Source: Bacilli bacterium
GTDB lineage: Bacteria > Bacillota_I > Bacilli_A > RF39 > UBA660
DNA length: 64,000 nucleotides
NCBI GenBank assembly: GCA_028693275.1
Contig: JAQUVS010000003.1
Location: 6,046-70,045, forward strand
Direction of reading: 5' to 3'
Both the position numbers and the translations under genes were made by a program. Below are positions 48,801 through 58,808 of the stretch, in pieces. The notes beneath the pieces are model-generated. The model did no database searches and was not told the origin of the DNA. It saw nothing but the letters and a program-made list of their open reading frames with translations. Each line of letters begins with the position of its first letter. Position 1 is the first letter of the stretch.

Positions 48801-51635
48801 CTATTTAGCCACTATGTTTACTATTCTATTTTTAATTACTATTACTTTTACTATTTCTTTTTCTTCTAAATGTTTTTGTACATTTGAGTCACTTAAAGCT
48901 TTTTCTTTTATTTCTTCTTCAGTATCATTAATTGCACAAATAATAGTTCCTCTTAATTTACCATTTACTTGAACAGCTATTTCTTTTTCTTCATCTATTA
49001 TTTTTTCTTCATCATATGTTGGCCATGCTGATTCACATAAAGGATTTCCTAAATGATTAATTTCATTTAATTCTTCTGTTATATGAGGAGCTATAGGATT
49101 TAATAAAGTAAGTAGTGTTCTATAGTCTTTTTGACTTATTTCTTCTTTATCAGTCATTTCATTAGTTAATATCATTAAAGCAGAAACTGCTGTGTTAAAT
49201 TTCATATTATCTATGTCTTCTGTGACTTTTTTTATTGTTTTATTAATTATCTTTTCTAAAGAAGATGAGTATTCATCTGAGTTATTTAATTTGTCTTGTA
49301 ATTTAATAACTTTATCTAAGAATCTTCTACAACCATTTAGACTTTGTTCGCTCCAAGCAGCTTCTTTTTCATAGTCTCCTATAAACATTTCATAGCATCT
49401 TAGTGCATCTGCTCCTTGTTTTTTTACAACGTCATCGGGATTTATAACATTACCCTTAGACTTAGACATTTTTTCTCCACCTTCACCAAGAATCATTCCG
49501 TGGGCTACTCTTGTCTTAAAAGGTTCTTTGTAAGGAACTAATCCAATGTTATATAGGAATTGATTCCAGAAACGAGCATATAATAAGTGTCTTGTAGCAT
49601 GTTCCATTCCACCATTATACCAATCAAGTTGTCCCCAATAATTCAATGCTTCTTTTGAAACAAATTCTTTATCATTTTTAGGATCCATGTATCTTAACCA
49701 GTACCAAGAAGATCCAGCCCAGTTAGGCATTGTATCTGTTTCTCTTTTAGCTGGTTTTCCGCATTTAGGACATGTTGTATTTACCCAACTTTCTATTTTA
49801 GCAAGTGGACTTTCACCATCATCTGTTGGTTCATACTCAGCTACATCTGGTAATAAAACAGGAAGGTCTTCTTCTTTAACTGGAACCCATCCACATTCAT
49901 CACAACATACTAAAGGTATTGGTTCTCCCCAGAATCTTTGTCTTGTAAATATCCAATCTTGTAATTTATAATTTGTTTTCTTATAACCGATTCCTTCTTT
50001 TTCTAAATACTCTAACATTTTATTTATAGATTCTTTTTTATTTGTTAAACCATTTAAGATACCAGAATTAACCATTTTGCCGTCTCCAGCATAATAATTA
50101 TTTTCTGCTAGTAAATTTCTGAATGTAGTAATATGTAATTCATCTTTTACTTCTTTTTCTATTATTTCTCTTGATACCCATTCAATTTCAAATTTACCTT
50201 TTTCGTCTTCATCAAGATTATTTGTTTCTTTCTTATCAGAAATAAGTTTAAATAATAATCCAATACTTTCTATTTCATAAGCTTTATTCTTATTATAAGC
50301 AAAATAATGATGATTAATTGGACTAATTTCTTTGATAAATCTAATATCTGTGTATCCAGTTTCTTCTTTTATTTCTCTTACAGCTGTTTCTAATGCAGTC
50401 TCATTATCTTTTCTTGTTCCCCCAATAAATAATCTTCCACCTAATTCTTTCCAATTAAGAGTTAAATATTTATTATTTTCTTCGTCATAAATAACTGCTA
50501 CTATACTATTTTTTTGTTCTTCATTTTCTCTTTGTTCACCAGTTATTTGTTCTATAACAGGGATTATTTCTATATTAAATTTACTTGCAAATTCATAGTC
50601 TCTATCATCATGTGCTGGAACAGCCATAATAGCTCCTGTTCCATAGTTCATCATAACATAATCTGAAATATAAATAGGAATTTCTTTATTTGTAATAGGA
50701 TTAATAGCTGTTAATCCATCAATTCTCACACCAGTTTTTTCTTTTGTCATATTTAATCTTTCAAATTCTGTTTTGAAATTTGTTTTTTCTCTATAATCTA
50801 TTATTTCATTCATGTTGTTTATTATTCCACTATATAGGTCTATATATGGATGTTCTGGGGCTATTACCATGAAAGTAACTCCATATAAAGTATCTGGTCT
50901 TGTTGTATATACTTTTAATTTTTCATCTATTTCTTTAATTTTAAAATCTACTTCTGCTCCTGTTGATTTTCCTATCCAATTGATTTGAGCAGTTTTTATT
51001 CTTTCTTGGAAGTCAGTCTCATCTAAACCTGTTATTAAGTCTTCTGCATAGTCTGACATTCTTAGTACCCATTGGTCTTTTTCTTTTTGAACTACAACTG
51101 ATCCACATCTTTCACAAGTTCCTCCGCTAGAATCTTCATTTGATAAACCTGTTTTACAATTAGGGCACCAGTTTATACTTTTTTTAGCTTTATATGCCAT
51201 ATCGTGTTCATAAAATTTAATAAATTGCCATTGAGTCCATTTATAGTATTCTGGATCAGTAGTAGAAAATTCTCTACTCCAATCAAATGAAATACCAAGA
51301 TCTTTTATTTGTCCCTTAAATGTTTTTATGTTTTCAGCTACTGCTTCTTTAGGATGAATATGATTTTTAATAGCATATTGTTCTGCTGGAGCCCCAAAAG
51401 CATCCCATCCCATTGGAAATAATACATTATATCCCATCATTCTTTTCTTTCTTGCCATTGTATCAATTGCTGTATAGCTTCTTACATGACCAACATGTAA
51501 TCCAGATCCAGATGGATATGGAAATTCTACAAGATAAAAATATTTTTCCTTATCACTATTATTTTTTGCAACAAAAGTATTATTATCATCCCAATATTTT
51601 TGCCATTTTTTTTCTATATCATTTATTGTCATCAT
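48801..51635 (-). CDS. leuS: Leucyl-tRNA synthetase carrying an inserted Nudix hydrolase domain
   Basis: HVGH and KMSKS motifs, CP1 editing domain; about 150 extra residues including a perfect Nudix box between ...IPVIEQI and AGDGKMVNSG; terminator hairpin AGTGGCTAAATAGCCACT + T-run at the 3' end. Confidence 0.95.
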   Translation of the reverse strand: MMTINDIEKKWQKYWDDNNTFVAKNNSDKEKYFYLVEFPYPSGSGLHVGHVRSYTAIDTMARKKRMMGYNVLFPMGWDAFGAPAEQYAIKNHIHPKEAVAENIKTFKGQIKDLGISFDWSREFSTTDPEYYKWTQWQFIKFYEHDMAYKAKKSINWCPNCKTGLSNEDSSGGTCERCGSVVVQKEKDQWVLRMSDYAEDLITGLDETDFQERIKTAQINWIGKSTGAEVDFKIKEIDEKLKVYTTRPDTLYGVTFMVIAPEHPYIDLYSGIINNMNEIIDYREKTNFKTEFERLNMTKEKTGVRIDGLTAINPITNKEIPIYISDYVMMNYGTGAIMAVPAHDDRDYEFASKFNIEIIPVIEQITGEQRENEEQKNSIVAVIYDEENNKYLTLNWKELGGRLFIGGTRKDNETALETAVREIKEETGYTDIRFIKEISPINHHYFAYNKNKAYEIESIGLLFKLISDKKETNNLDEDEKGKFEIEWVSREIIEKEVKDELHITTFRNLLAENNYYAGDGKMVNSGILNGLTNKKESINKMLEYLEKEGIGYKKTNYKLQDWIFTRQRFWGEPIPLVCCDECGWVPVKEEDLPVLLPDVAEYEPTDDGESPLAKIESWVNTTCPKCGKPAKRETDTMPNWAGSSWYWLRYMDPKNDKEFVSKEALNYWGQLDWYNGGMEHATRHLLYARFWNQFLYNIGLVPYKEPFKTRVAHGMILGEGGEKMSKSKGNVINPDDVVKKQGADALRCYEMFIGDYEKEAAWSEQSLNGCRRFLDKVIKLQDKLNNSDEYSSSLEKIINKTIKKVTEDIDNMKFNTAVSALMILTNEMTDKEEISQKDYRTLLTLLNPIAPHITEELNEINHLGNPLCESAWPTYDEEKIIDEEKEIAVQVNGKLRGTIICAINDTEEEIKEKALSDSNVQKHLEEKEIVKVIVIKNRIVNIVAK

Positions 51636-51993
51636 TTTTATCATTTCTCTCTTTCTTTATTATGTTTGCAAGGATGTTAAACGAAACTAAAATTATAGGT
51701 ATTAATATTACAAATCCTACTATCATTTGTAGTACAGGATTTTCTATTACAGAAATAATAGTTACTACGATAGATACATCTAAAGCAACCATTTTTGCTA
51801 TTTTTTCCATTACTTTTTTACCATTAATCTTAGATAAATCTAGTTTATATTTGTATACTAAAAACTGTAATTCTATAGGTGTTTTCTTTTTATCACTCTT
51901 TTTATATTTTCTAACATAAAGTATATAGTATAAAAAATATACACTTAAAAATGTGAGTAAGAATAAAATACCTTTGTCATATAAATCTTTCAT
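51619..51993 (-). CDS. Small two-TM membrane protein encoded between the leuS T-box leader and leuS
   Basis: RBS GGAGGAGAGG 7 nt before ATG 51993; two hydrophobic helices with a basic loop; 3' end overlaps the leuS start. Confidence 0.45.
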   Translation of the reverse strand: MKDLYDKGILFLLTFLSVYFLYYILYVRKYKKSDKKKTPIELQFLVYKYKLDLSKINGKKVMEKIAKMVALDVSIVVTIISVIENPVLQMIVGFVILIPIILVSFNILANIIKKERNDKNDDNK

Positions 51994-52014
51994 AATAAAC
52001 CTCTCCTCCATAAA

Positions 52015-52211
52015 AAAAGATTATTCATCACATAAGGACGAATAATCGCGGTACCACCTTAATTCATAGAAATATTTTCTATGCACTTAAATCTTTAACG
52101 CTGAAGAGCGTTGTACTTAATTAGAAAGCAAGTTCATATAATAATATTCTTAGTTTTCACCATCCACTAAGTCTCTTGAAATATTATTTATACTAATACT
52201 CTTTCAGGTAC
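52015..52211 (-). promoter_or_regulatory. T-box riboswitch leader of leuS (Leu specifier CUU)
   Basis: minus strand shows AGAGA box, specifier ...UGAACUUGC..., T-box AATTAAGGTGGTACCGCG, terminator identical to the tyrS leader, T-run. Confidence 0.8.
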
Positions 52212-52218
52212 AAGTTAT

Positions 52219-52247
52219 TGATATTATATTAAATTTGTTCAATATAT
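52219..52247 (-). promoter_or_regulatory. Putative promoter of the leuS T-box leader (TTGAAT-17-TATAAT)
   Basis: minus-strand -35 TTGAAT and -10 TATAAT with 17-nt spacer, overlapping the GH31 gene stop. Confidence 0.45.
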
Positions 52248-54643
52248 TCAAGTAATTTTAAGAATAATTTAATATATTCCTTAGAAAGTCCATATCTTTT
52301 TAGTTTTCTAACTTCGATTCTTTTCTTTTTAACTGAAATACTACTAAATACAATAACTGATATTTTTTCTTTTAAAACAGTATTTATCGGTAAATCTGAT
52401 AAAATACTATCTATATCATCATTTATAACTCTTATTGCATCTATTTCTATATTTGTTCCTTTACAGTTAATTGTTACTTGTCCTACTGTTGGTACTTTTT
52501 TTAATTCTACAATAAAGTCATTATCATATACATAAGATTTAGTTTCAATAACAGTATCATTGTAGTATGCTGTTACTTTTTCTGCTTTTTTAGTATTTCT
52601 AAATTTTATTTTATAATCTCTAAACTCTGGAACAATACCATTTTTTCCATCTATTGATCTAATTATTACAGTATAATTACTTGGTAAATAATTATAATCT
52701 ATTGATGTAGAAAGATGATATCCTTCTTTATATAAGGAAGTTATTCCATCGTCTTCATATAAATTATATGTATTATTTTGTCCTGGGAAAACATGTATTT
52801 CCATTTCCTTTGGACTATTAGTATTATTGTTTTCAATATCTTTTGCTAAAGGGATGATTGCTCCATTTTTTACAAAGTATGGGTAGTCTTCATCTTTATA
52901 GAAAGAAATGTATCCTTTATTACCAGGGAATTTCTTACCTGTTTTAAAATCATACCAAGTACCTTCTGGAATAAAGAATTTATGAACTGTCCTATTCATC
53001 AATAAATCTTTTTTATTTAATATGGGAGCTACCATTATTTCTTCACCAAGATAATATTGATTACTATAATTAACATCATCATAAGTCCATGGTAATGAGT
53101 GGTATAATGGCCTAATTAATGGCATACCAAATTTATGATATCTATAAGATTCTGTGTATAAATAAGGAATTAGTTTATGTCTTAAACTTAGATAATCTCT
53201 TGCTACTTCTAAAGTTTTTACATCCCATCTCCATGGTTCTCTTTTATAATATTTTCCTCTTGATGCAGAGAATCTTAATATAGGTGAAAAAGTAGCTAAC
53301 TGTATTGATCTAATATATAATTCTGCTTCTTCTACTCCACCAAAATTTCCTGCTACATCATAACTCCAGAAAGATACCCCTATATTTGAAGAAATTTGAT
53401 TATACATAGGTATTTTTCTTAAAATTTCCCAACTTACTAAAGTTTTACCTGAATAAGAAATCGGATATCTATGAGAAGCTATTAAAGAATTTCTAGCTAA
53501 TATTAATTCTCTTTTACTTTTATCCTTTAAAGTATCATATGTATAATAATGATTTAGTAACCATAAATTTTTAGTGTCTTTATCATTTTCTTTCCAATCA
53601 TTCCAAAAAAAGTCTATTCCTTTTGATTCTAATGGATTAATTATATTTTTAAAATATGAATTTAGTAAACTATAATTTTTTACATCAAAGGCTATTGTTT
53701 TACCATCTGATATTCCAAATTCATTTGCAACTGATTGATAATTTTCTTCATCTTTACCTATTCCTTCAATAGGATTAATATTAAGACCAACTCTTATATT
53801 TTTAGTGTGAAGATCCTTTAGTAAATTTTCTGGTTCTTTTATTAAATCATTATTAAAGGTAAATCCTGTTTTTTTCTTAGTATTATCTTCATTAATTGTT
53901 TTATGCCAAGCTTCATCAAATAATAAAACTGATAATGGTATTCCTTTTTTAGTAAAATCCTCTAATAATTCATTTATATCATCATTAGTATATTCGTAAT
54001 CTCTACTCCACCAATTACCCAGAGCATATCTTGGTATTAATGGGGGAAATCCTGTTAGTTTAAAGTAGTCTTGAAGAGCTAAATAAAAATCCTTGTTATA
54101 CATAAATAAATATGTATCAATACCTTTAGTTGTTTTTTCTGTTAATTCTCCTGATTCATTAAATAGCATTGAATTACTATCATCAATTGATGCAAATCCA
54201 TCTAATGAGTATAGTCCATTTCTTTGTTTTCTATCATTATCTGTTCCATCAAAAGATACATAATTACCTTTATAATTTCTTACTTCAGGATGATTATAAT
54301 GCCAAACTTTATCAGTTTCTTTTAAAGAAATTCTTAAATTACTTAATGGAAGCATCTTACCACCATCAAAATTCTTTTCTTTTGTGTATTCTAATCTAAA
54401 ATATTTTGTATCTATTTGAAGATACCTATCATCTTCTTTTACTTCAAAGACAGGAGGGTTAAAGTTTCTATTGATAACTAATTGAGTTAAATTATCATTA
54501 AATATTCCTTCTTGGCTATATTCAAGTCTTATTAGTCTTTCAGTAAGAACTGTTATTCTATATTTTTGTCCTTGAAAAATACAATCTTTTTTAGACTTAC
54601 CGTTTTCTAAATTTAATTTGAAGTGTTCCCCTAAATTACTCAT
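52229..54643 (-). CDS. Glycoside hydrolase family 31 alpha-glucosidase (no signal peptide)
   Basis: 804 aa; GH31 catalytic region including the WNDW motif (FWNDWKEND...) and a downstream catalytic-acid segment. Confidence 0.85.
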   Translation of the reverse strand: MSNLGEHFKLNLENGKSKKDCIFQGQKYRITVLTERLIRLEYSQEGIFNDNLTQLVINRNFNPPVFEVKEDDRYLQIDTKYFRLEYTKEKNFDGGKMLPLSNLRISLKETDKVWHYNHPEVRNYKGNYVSFDGTDNDRKQRNGLYSLDGFASIDDSNSMLFNESGELTEKTTKGIDTYLFMYNKDFYLALQDYFKLTGFPPLIPRYALGNWWSRDYEYTNDDINELLEDFTKKGIPLSVLLFDEAWHKTINEDNTKKKTGFTFNNDLIKEPENLLKDLHTKNIRVGLNINPIEGIGKDEENYQSVANEFGISDGKTIAFDVKNYSLLNSYFKNIINPLESKGIDFFWNDWKENDKDTKNLWLLNHYYTYDTLKDKSKRELILARNSLIASHRYPISYSGKTLVSWEILRKIPMYNQISSNIGVSFWSYDVAGNFGGVEEAELYIRSIQLATFSPILRFSASRGKYYKREPWRWDVKTLEVARDYLSLRHKLIPYLYTESYRYHKFGMPLIRPLYHSLPWTYDDVNYSNQYYLGEEIMVAPILNKKDLLMNRTVHKFFIPEGTWYDFKTGKKFPGNKGYISFYKDEDYPYFVKNGAIIPLAKDIENNNTNSPKEMEIHVFPGQNNTYNLYEDDGITSLYKEGYHLSTSIDYNYLPSNYTVIIRSIDGKNGIVPEFRDYKIKFRNTKKAEKVTAYYNDTVIETKSYVYDNDFIVELKKVPTVGQVTINCKGTNIEIDAIRVINDDIDSILSDLPINTVLKEKISVIVFSSISVKKKRIEVRKLKRYGLSKEYIKLFLKLLEYIEQI

Positions 54644-54655
54644 TTTTAATTCCTC

Positions 54656-56005
54656 CTATAATTGATTTTCGTATGCTCCTATTAATGATAAGAATAAAGT
54701 ATTTTCTCTTGCTAAATTATACATATTTTGTACTTCTATTTCTGTTAAATCTTCTAATCTTTTTGAATTAGCTAATTCTTCTAAAGTTATTTCTTTTCCT
54801 TTAGATAAAGTAGACGAACCTTTTATATTTAAAGTTCCTGATATACCTAAGGTATTTGGAGTAGAAATATCTATCTTTATATTTTGAGTTGTTTCTAAAG
54901 ATTCCTCTTTTACTGTTGTTTCAGTTTTAATTGTTGTAGAAACACTTTCTTTTTGACCATCTTCAGTTTCCATTTCTAGATTTAAGTTAAACTCATTTTT
55001 ATCATAGTTTCCTGTAATAGTTATTATATCTGAAATATATCCATTAAGCTCTTTATCTTTTGATGTTAGACTAAATAAATTATTTTCTGTTTCTGAACTA
55101 TAAAGATTAATTGTTTTTCTGTTTTCATTTCTAAAATAAGATAATTTATAAGATACTAAGTCTATTTCACTCATTACAACTTTATTAAATCCACTATAGT
55201 AAACATTATAGAAGAATATTACTTCATCGTTATCTTTATAAGATTCAATACTTTTTATTATTTCATCATATGTTTTAGCAGAATCTTTTTCTTCTATTTG
55301 GAAATTATTACATATAACTTTGTTTAACTCTTTATTATTGTTTACCTTTTCAAAAAACTTAGACATATAAGTATATATGTTTGATTTTTTTACTGCGTAA
55401 GAAAGTTTAGTAAAGCTAACATCTTCGCTTCCTTCAATTGCAGCAGGTTCTTTTGTTATTTCATCATCTTTTGTATTTTCAATTAAAGTTTCTTTGATAG
55501 CATTCATCATTAACTTATAATCTTCTTCATTAATAGTTGTTTTTTCTAGTAATGATTGAAATTCTAATTCTGTAGATAAAAGTGTTTCTGTTATTCCTTC
55601 TATACCTACATAAATATTATTATTAGCTAAATATGATTTTACATTTGCTGTTCCTATTCCATCTTTATTAATTGTTGCTAATAATTTTGTTATCTCTTTT
55701 TCTCTGTTTTCATTTAATTCTAGATTTAAATCTAACTTATTAAAAGGAAGAAGAGAAATATTTTCGTTTGTTATTTCTAATTTTGATAATAAATTTAAAT
55801 TTTTATTTTCTTTTATAAAATTTGATACAGGATTTTCATCATCTACGTAATTGCTTACATTAGTGAATAAATTATTAATATCTGCTAATATTATATTTTT
55901 TGGTAGTGATACTATGTGTAATCCTGCTACTATTAATCCTACTGATACCAAAAACATAATGATTGACATTACTAAAAGTCTTTTTTTTGTACTATTATTT
56001 TTCAT
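54656..56005 (-). CDS. Membrane-anchored hypothetical protein
   Basis: N-terminal TM helix then 420-aa low-complexity extracellular region; 13 nt upstream of the GH31 gene. Confidence 0.45.
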   Translation of the reverse strand: MKNNSTKKRLLVMSIIMFLVSVGLIVAGLHIVSLPKNIILADINNLFTNVSNYVDDENPVSNFIKENKNLNLLSKLEITNENISLLPFNKLDLNLELNENREKEITKLLATINKDGIGTANVKSYLANNNIYVGIEGITETLLSTELEFQSLLEKTTINEEDYKLMMNAIKETLIENTKDDEITKEPAAIEGSEDVSFTKLSYAVKKSNIYTYMSKFFEKVNNNKELNKVICNNFQIEEKDSAKTYDEIIKSIESYKDNDEVIFFYNVYYSGFNKVVMSEIDLVSYKLSYFRNENRKTINLYSSETENNLFSLTSKDKELNGYISDIITITGNYDKNEFNLNLEMETEDGQKESVSTTIKTETTVKEESLETTQNIKIDISTPNTLGISGTLNIKGSSTLSKGKEITLEELANSKRLEDLTEIEVQNMYNLARENTLFLSLIGAYENQL

Positions 56006-56098
56006 TTTTAAACCTCTTTCTATTATAAGTAAATTGTATCAACAAAAACTTTAAATTGCAATAAATATCCGTGATATAATATAGTTGGTGATGTAAAT

Positions 56099-57259
56099 AT
56101 GAAAAGAGCAATTGTTCTATCTGGTGGCGGTGGAAAAGGAGCCTATCAGATAGGTGTTATTAAAGGTTTTAAAAAACTAAGAATAAAATACGATATAGTT
56201 ACAGGTACTTCTGTTGGTGCCCTTAATGGGGCTATTATTGCTCAAAAAGATTATAGAAAAGCTGTTAGATTATGGAAAGAAATGAACTTTGATGTAATAT
56301 TTAGTAAAGAAGATTTAGAAAAGTATAATAATGCTTCTACTACAAAAGATATGGTTAGTATGTTTATGAATAATATATTATCTGGAGGAATGGAAGTTTC
56401 TAATTTAGAAAATTTATTATTAAATAAGATTAAGTTTAAGAAATTATTAAAGAGTAAAATAGATTTTGGATTTGTTGTATATAACCTTAGTAAACTTAAA
56501 GGTATGTATATTACTAAAGAAATGATCAATAAAGATAATTGTGTAGATTATCTAATTGCTTCTGCTTCTTGTTATCCTTTTTTTAGAAAGAAAAAAATTT
56601 CTAACCAATATTTTATAGATGGTGGTTTATATGATAATTTACCTATCGATCTAGCTATTGAGCTTGGAGCTGATGAAATTATTGCAGTTAATTTGAATGC
56701 TCCAGGTATTATAAGAAAGTATAACGGAGATAATATTATTAATATAACAGCAAGAAATAAACTTGGTTCTTTTTTAGAATTTGATAAAGATAAGTCATTG
56801 AAAGCTATTAAATATGGATATAATGATACTTTAAAAGTATATAAAAAATTACTTGGTAATAAATTTGCTTTTAGAAATGTTAGTAATTCATCTATTGATA
56901 AATATATTTTTAATATTTCTAACACTTTAAATGAATATGGGCTTAAAAGTATAAATAATATAGATTTCTTTAAAGGCCTTGATAAATTAGGTTATCTTTT
57001 TGATTTTAGAGATGAGAAGATATATAAAATTAGAAAGTTTATTAAAAAATCAATAAAAATTGCGTTAAGTTCTGATGATATTAGTATCAAAAGTTTTAAA
57101 TTAACAGAAAATAAGTCAATTATTCCTAATAAGATAAGTATTATTAAATTTTTCTATATACAACTACTTAATAAGAACAGGAAGGAAATAAATAAGTGGA
57201 ATACAATATTTAAAAACGAATTTGTTATAGCAACTTATTTATATAGCATGGTGAAATAA
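56099..57259 (+). CDS. Patatin-like phospholipase
   Basis: oxyanion hole GGGGKG, nucleophile elbow GTSVG, catalytic DGG. Confidence 0.8.
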   Translation: MKRAIVLSGGGGKGAYQIGVIKGFKKLRIKYDIVTGTSVGALNGAIIAQKDYRKAVRLWKEMNFDVIFSKEDLEKYNNASTTKDMVSMFMNNILSGGMEVSNLENLLLNKIKFKKLLKSKIDFGFVVYNLSKLKGMYITKEMINKDNCVDYLIASASCYPFFRKKKISNQYFIDGGLYDNLPIDLAIELGADEIIAVNLNAPGIIRKYNGDNIINITARNKLGSFLEFDKDKSLKAIKYGYNDTLKVYKKLLGNKFAFRNVSNSSIDKYIFNISNTLNEYGLKSINNIDFFKGLDKLGYLFDFRDEKIYKIRKFIKKSIKIALSSDDISIKSFKLTENKSIIPNKISIIKFFYIQLLNKNRKEINKWNTIFKNEFVIATYLYSMVK

Positions 57260-58717
57260 TTGATTAATAGATATAATAATACTAATAATAATAAAAGATA
57301 TTATACTCTTGATTATTATTATAAAAATAAATATAAAAATAAAATTGCTAAAATTAGTTTAAATGGTGGTTTTACTTGTCCTAATAAAGACGGAAGTAGA
57401 GGTACAGGTGGTTGCATTTATTGTTCTAAACTTGGTAGTGGTGATTTTGCAGGTAGTCTTAGAAATTCATTAATTGAACAGTTTTATGAAGTTAAAGAAA
57501 AGATGGATATGAAGTGGCCAGGTTGTTTTTACATAGGTTATTTTCAAGCAAATACTAATACCTATGCCAAAGTTGATGTGTTGAAACAAAAATACGAACC
57601 AATATTAGAATTAGATAAAGTTGTTGGACTTGCAATAGCTACTAGACCAGATGCCATTAATGATGAATGTTTGGAATACTTAGATGATTTAAATAAGAGA
57701 ACTAATTTAACTATTGAACTTGGTTTACAGAGTATTCATGAAGAAACTACAAATTTTATTAATAGAGGCCATGATTTAACTTGTTTTGTTGAAATGGTTA
57801 AAAAGCTTAGAGATAAAAATATAGAAGTTGTAGTTCACATAATAAATGGTTTTCCAAATGAAACTAAGGAAATGATGATTGAAACAATTAAATTTATTAA
57901 TAAGCTTGATATTCAAGGAATAAAAATTCATATGTTACATGTTATTAAAAACACAAAATTAGAAGATATATACATGAGAGATAAATTTCATCTTTTAACA
58001 AAGGAAGAATATGTAGATATTGTTTGTGATCAAATTGAAATTCTTAATAAAGGTATTGTTATTCATAGAGTTACAGGAGATGCAGATAAAGATGAGTTAA
58101 TTTCTCCTATCTGGACATTGAAAAAGCTTGATGTTATTGATGCTATTGATATGGAATTAGAAAAAAGAGGTACATATCAAGGATTTAATGAATCAATACT
58201 TAATAGAGTTAGAGAACGAATGGATAAATATGTTAAATATAAAGATATTGTTATTGATGCTACGTTAGGAAATGGGAAAGATGCTTTATTTCTTGTTAAC
58301 AAAGTAAAAGATGGTTATTTATTTGGTTTTGATATTCAGGAACAAGCAATAGAGAATACTAAAGAGTTATTAAAAGATAAGACAAATTATCAATTATTTA
58401 ATATTGGTCACGAAAATATGCTTAACATTTTAGAAAATTATAAAGGTAAAATAAGTCTTATTAATTTTAATCTTGGTTTTTTACCTAAAGGAGATAAAAG
58501 TATTACAACTAAATGGGAAACTACAATGAAAGCAATTGAAGATTCTCTTGTTCTTCTTAATAATAAAGGTAGAATTCTAATTACTATTTATCCTGGACAT
58601 CCAGAAGGAAAAATAGAGAAAGAAATGATTTTAAAAACATATAAAAATAAAATTATTAATTATTATTATAATGATGATAAAGAGAACTCTCCATTTTTAA
58701 TTGAACTAGGAAAATAG
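57260..58717 (+). CDS. Fusion of radical-SAM TIGR01212 protein (YtqA/MnmL-like) and SAM-dependent methyltransferase (YtqB/MnmM-like)
   Basis: N-terminal KISLNGGFTCPNKDGSRGTGGCIYC radical-SAM region; C-terminal approx 170 aa with DATLGNGKDALFL Rossmann MTase motif; TTG start directly after the patatin stop. Confidence 0.7.
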   Translation: MINRYNNTNNNKRYYTLDYYYKNKYKNKIAKISLNGGFTCPNKDGSRGTGGCIYCSKLGSGDFAGSLRNSLIEQFYEVKEKMDMKWPGCFYIGYFQANTNTYAKVDVLKQKYEPILELDKVVGLAIATRPDAINDECLEYLDDLNKRTNLTIELGLQSIHEETTNFINRGHDLTCFVEMVKKLRDKNIEVVVHIINGFPNETKEMMIETIKFINKLDIQGIKIHMLHVIKNTKLEDIYMRDKFHLLTKEEYVDIVCDQIEILNKGIVIHRVTGDADKDELISPIWTLKKLDVIDAIDMELEKRGTYQGFNESILNRVRERMDKYVKYKDIVIDATLGNGKDALFLVNKVKDGYLFGFDIQEQAIENTKELLKDKTNYQLFNIGHENMLNILENYKGKISLINFNLGFLPKGDKSITTKWETTMKAIEDSLVLLNNKGRILITIYPGHPEGKIEKEMILKTYKNKIINYYYNDDKENSPFLIELGK

Positions 58718-58808
58718 TATACATTACATGTGTAAAGTAAAAATATATTTTTATTAATATCAGTTGTTAACTGGTATTTTTTTGTTATACTTAAAAAAAG
58801 GAGGATTT

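Noticed and set aside
51413-51919. 168-aa plus-strand ORF overlapping the leuS start and the small membrane-protein gene
   Set aside because: Antisense to two better-supported genes with RBSs; hydrophobic low-complexity translation.
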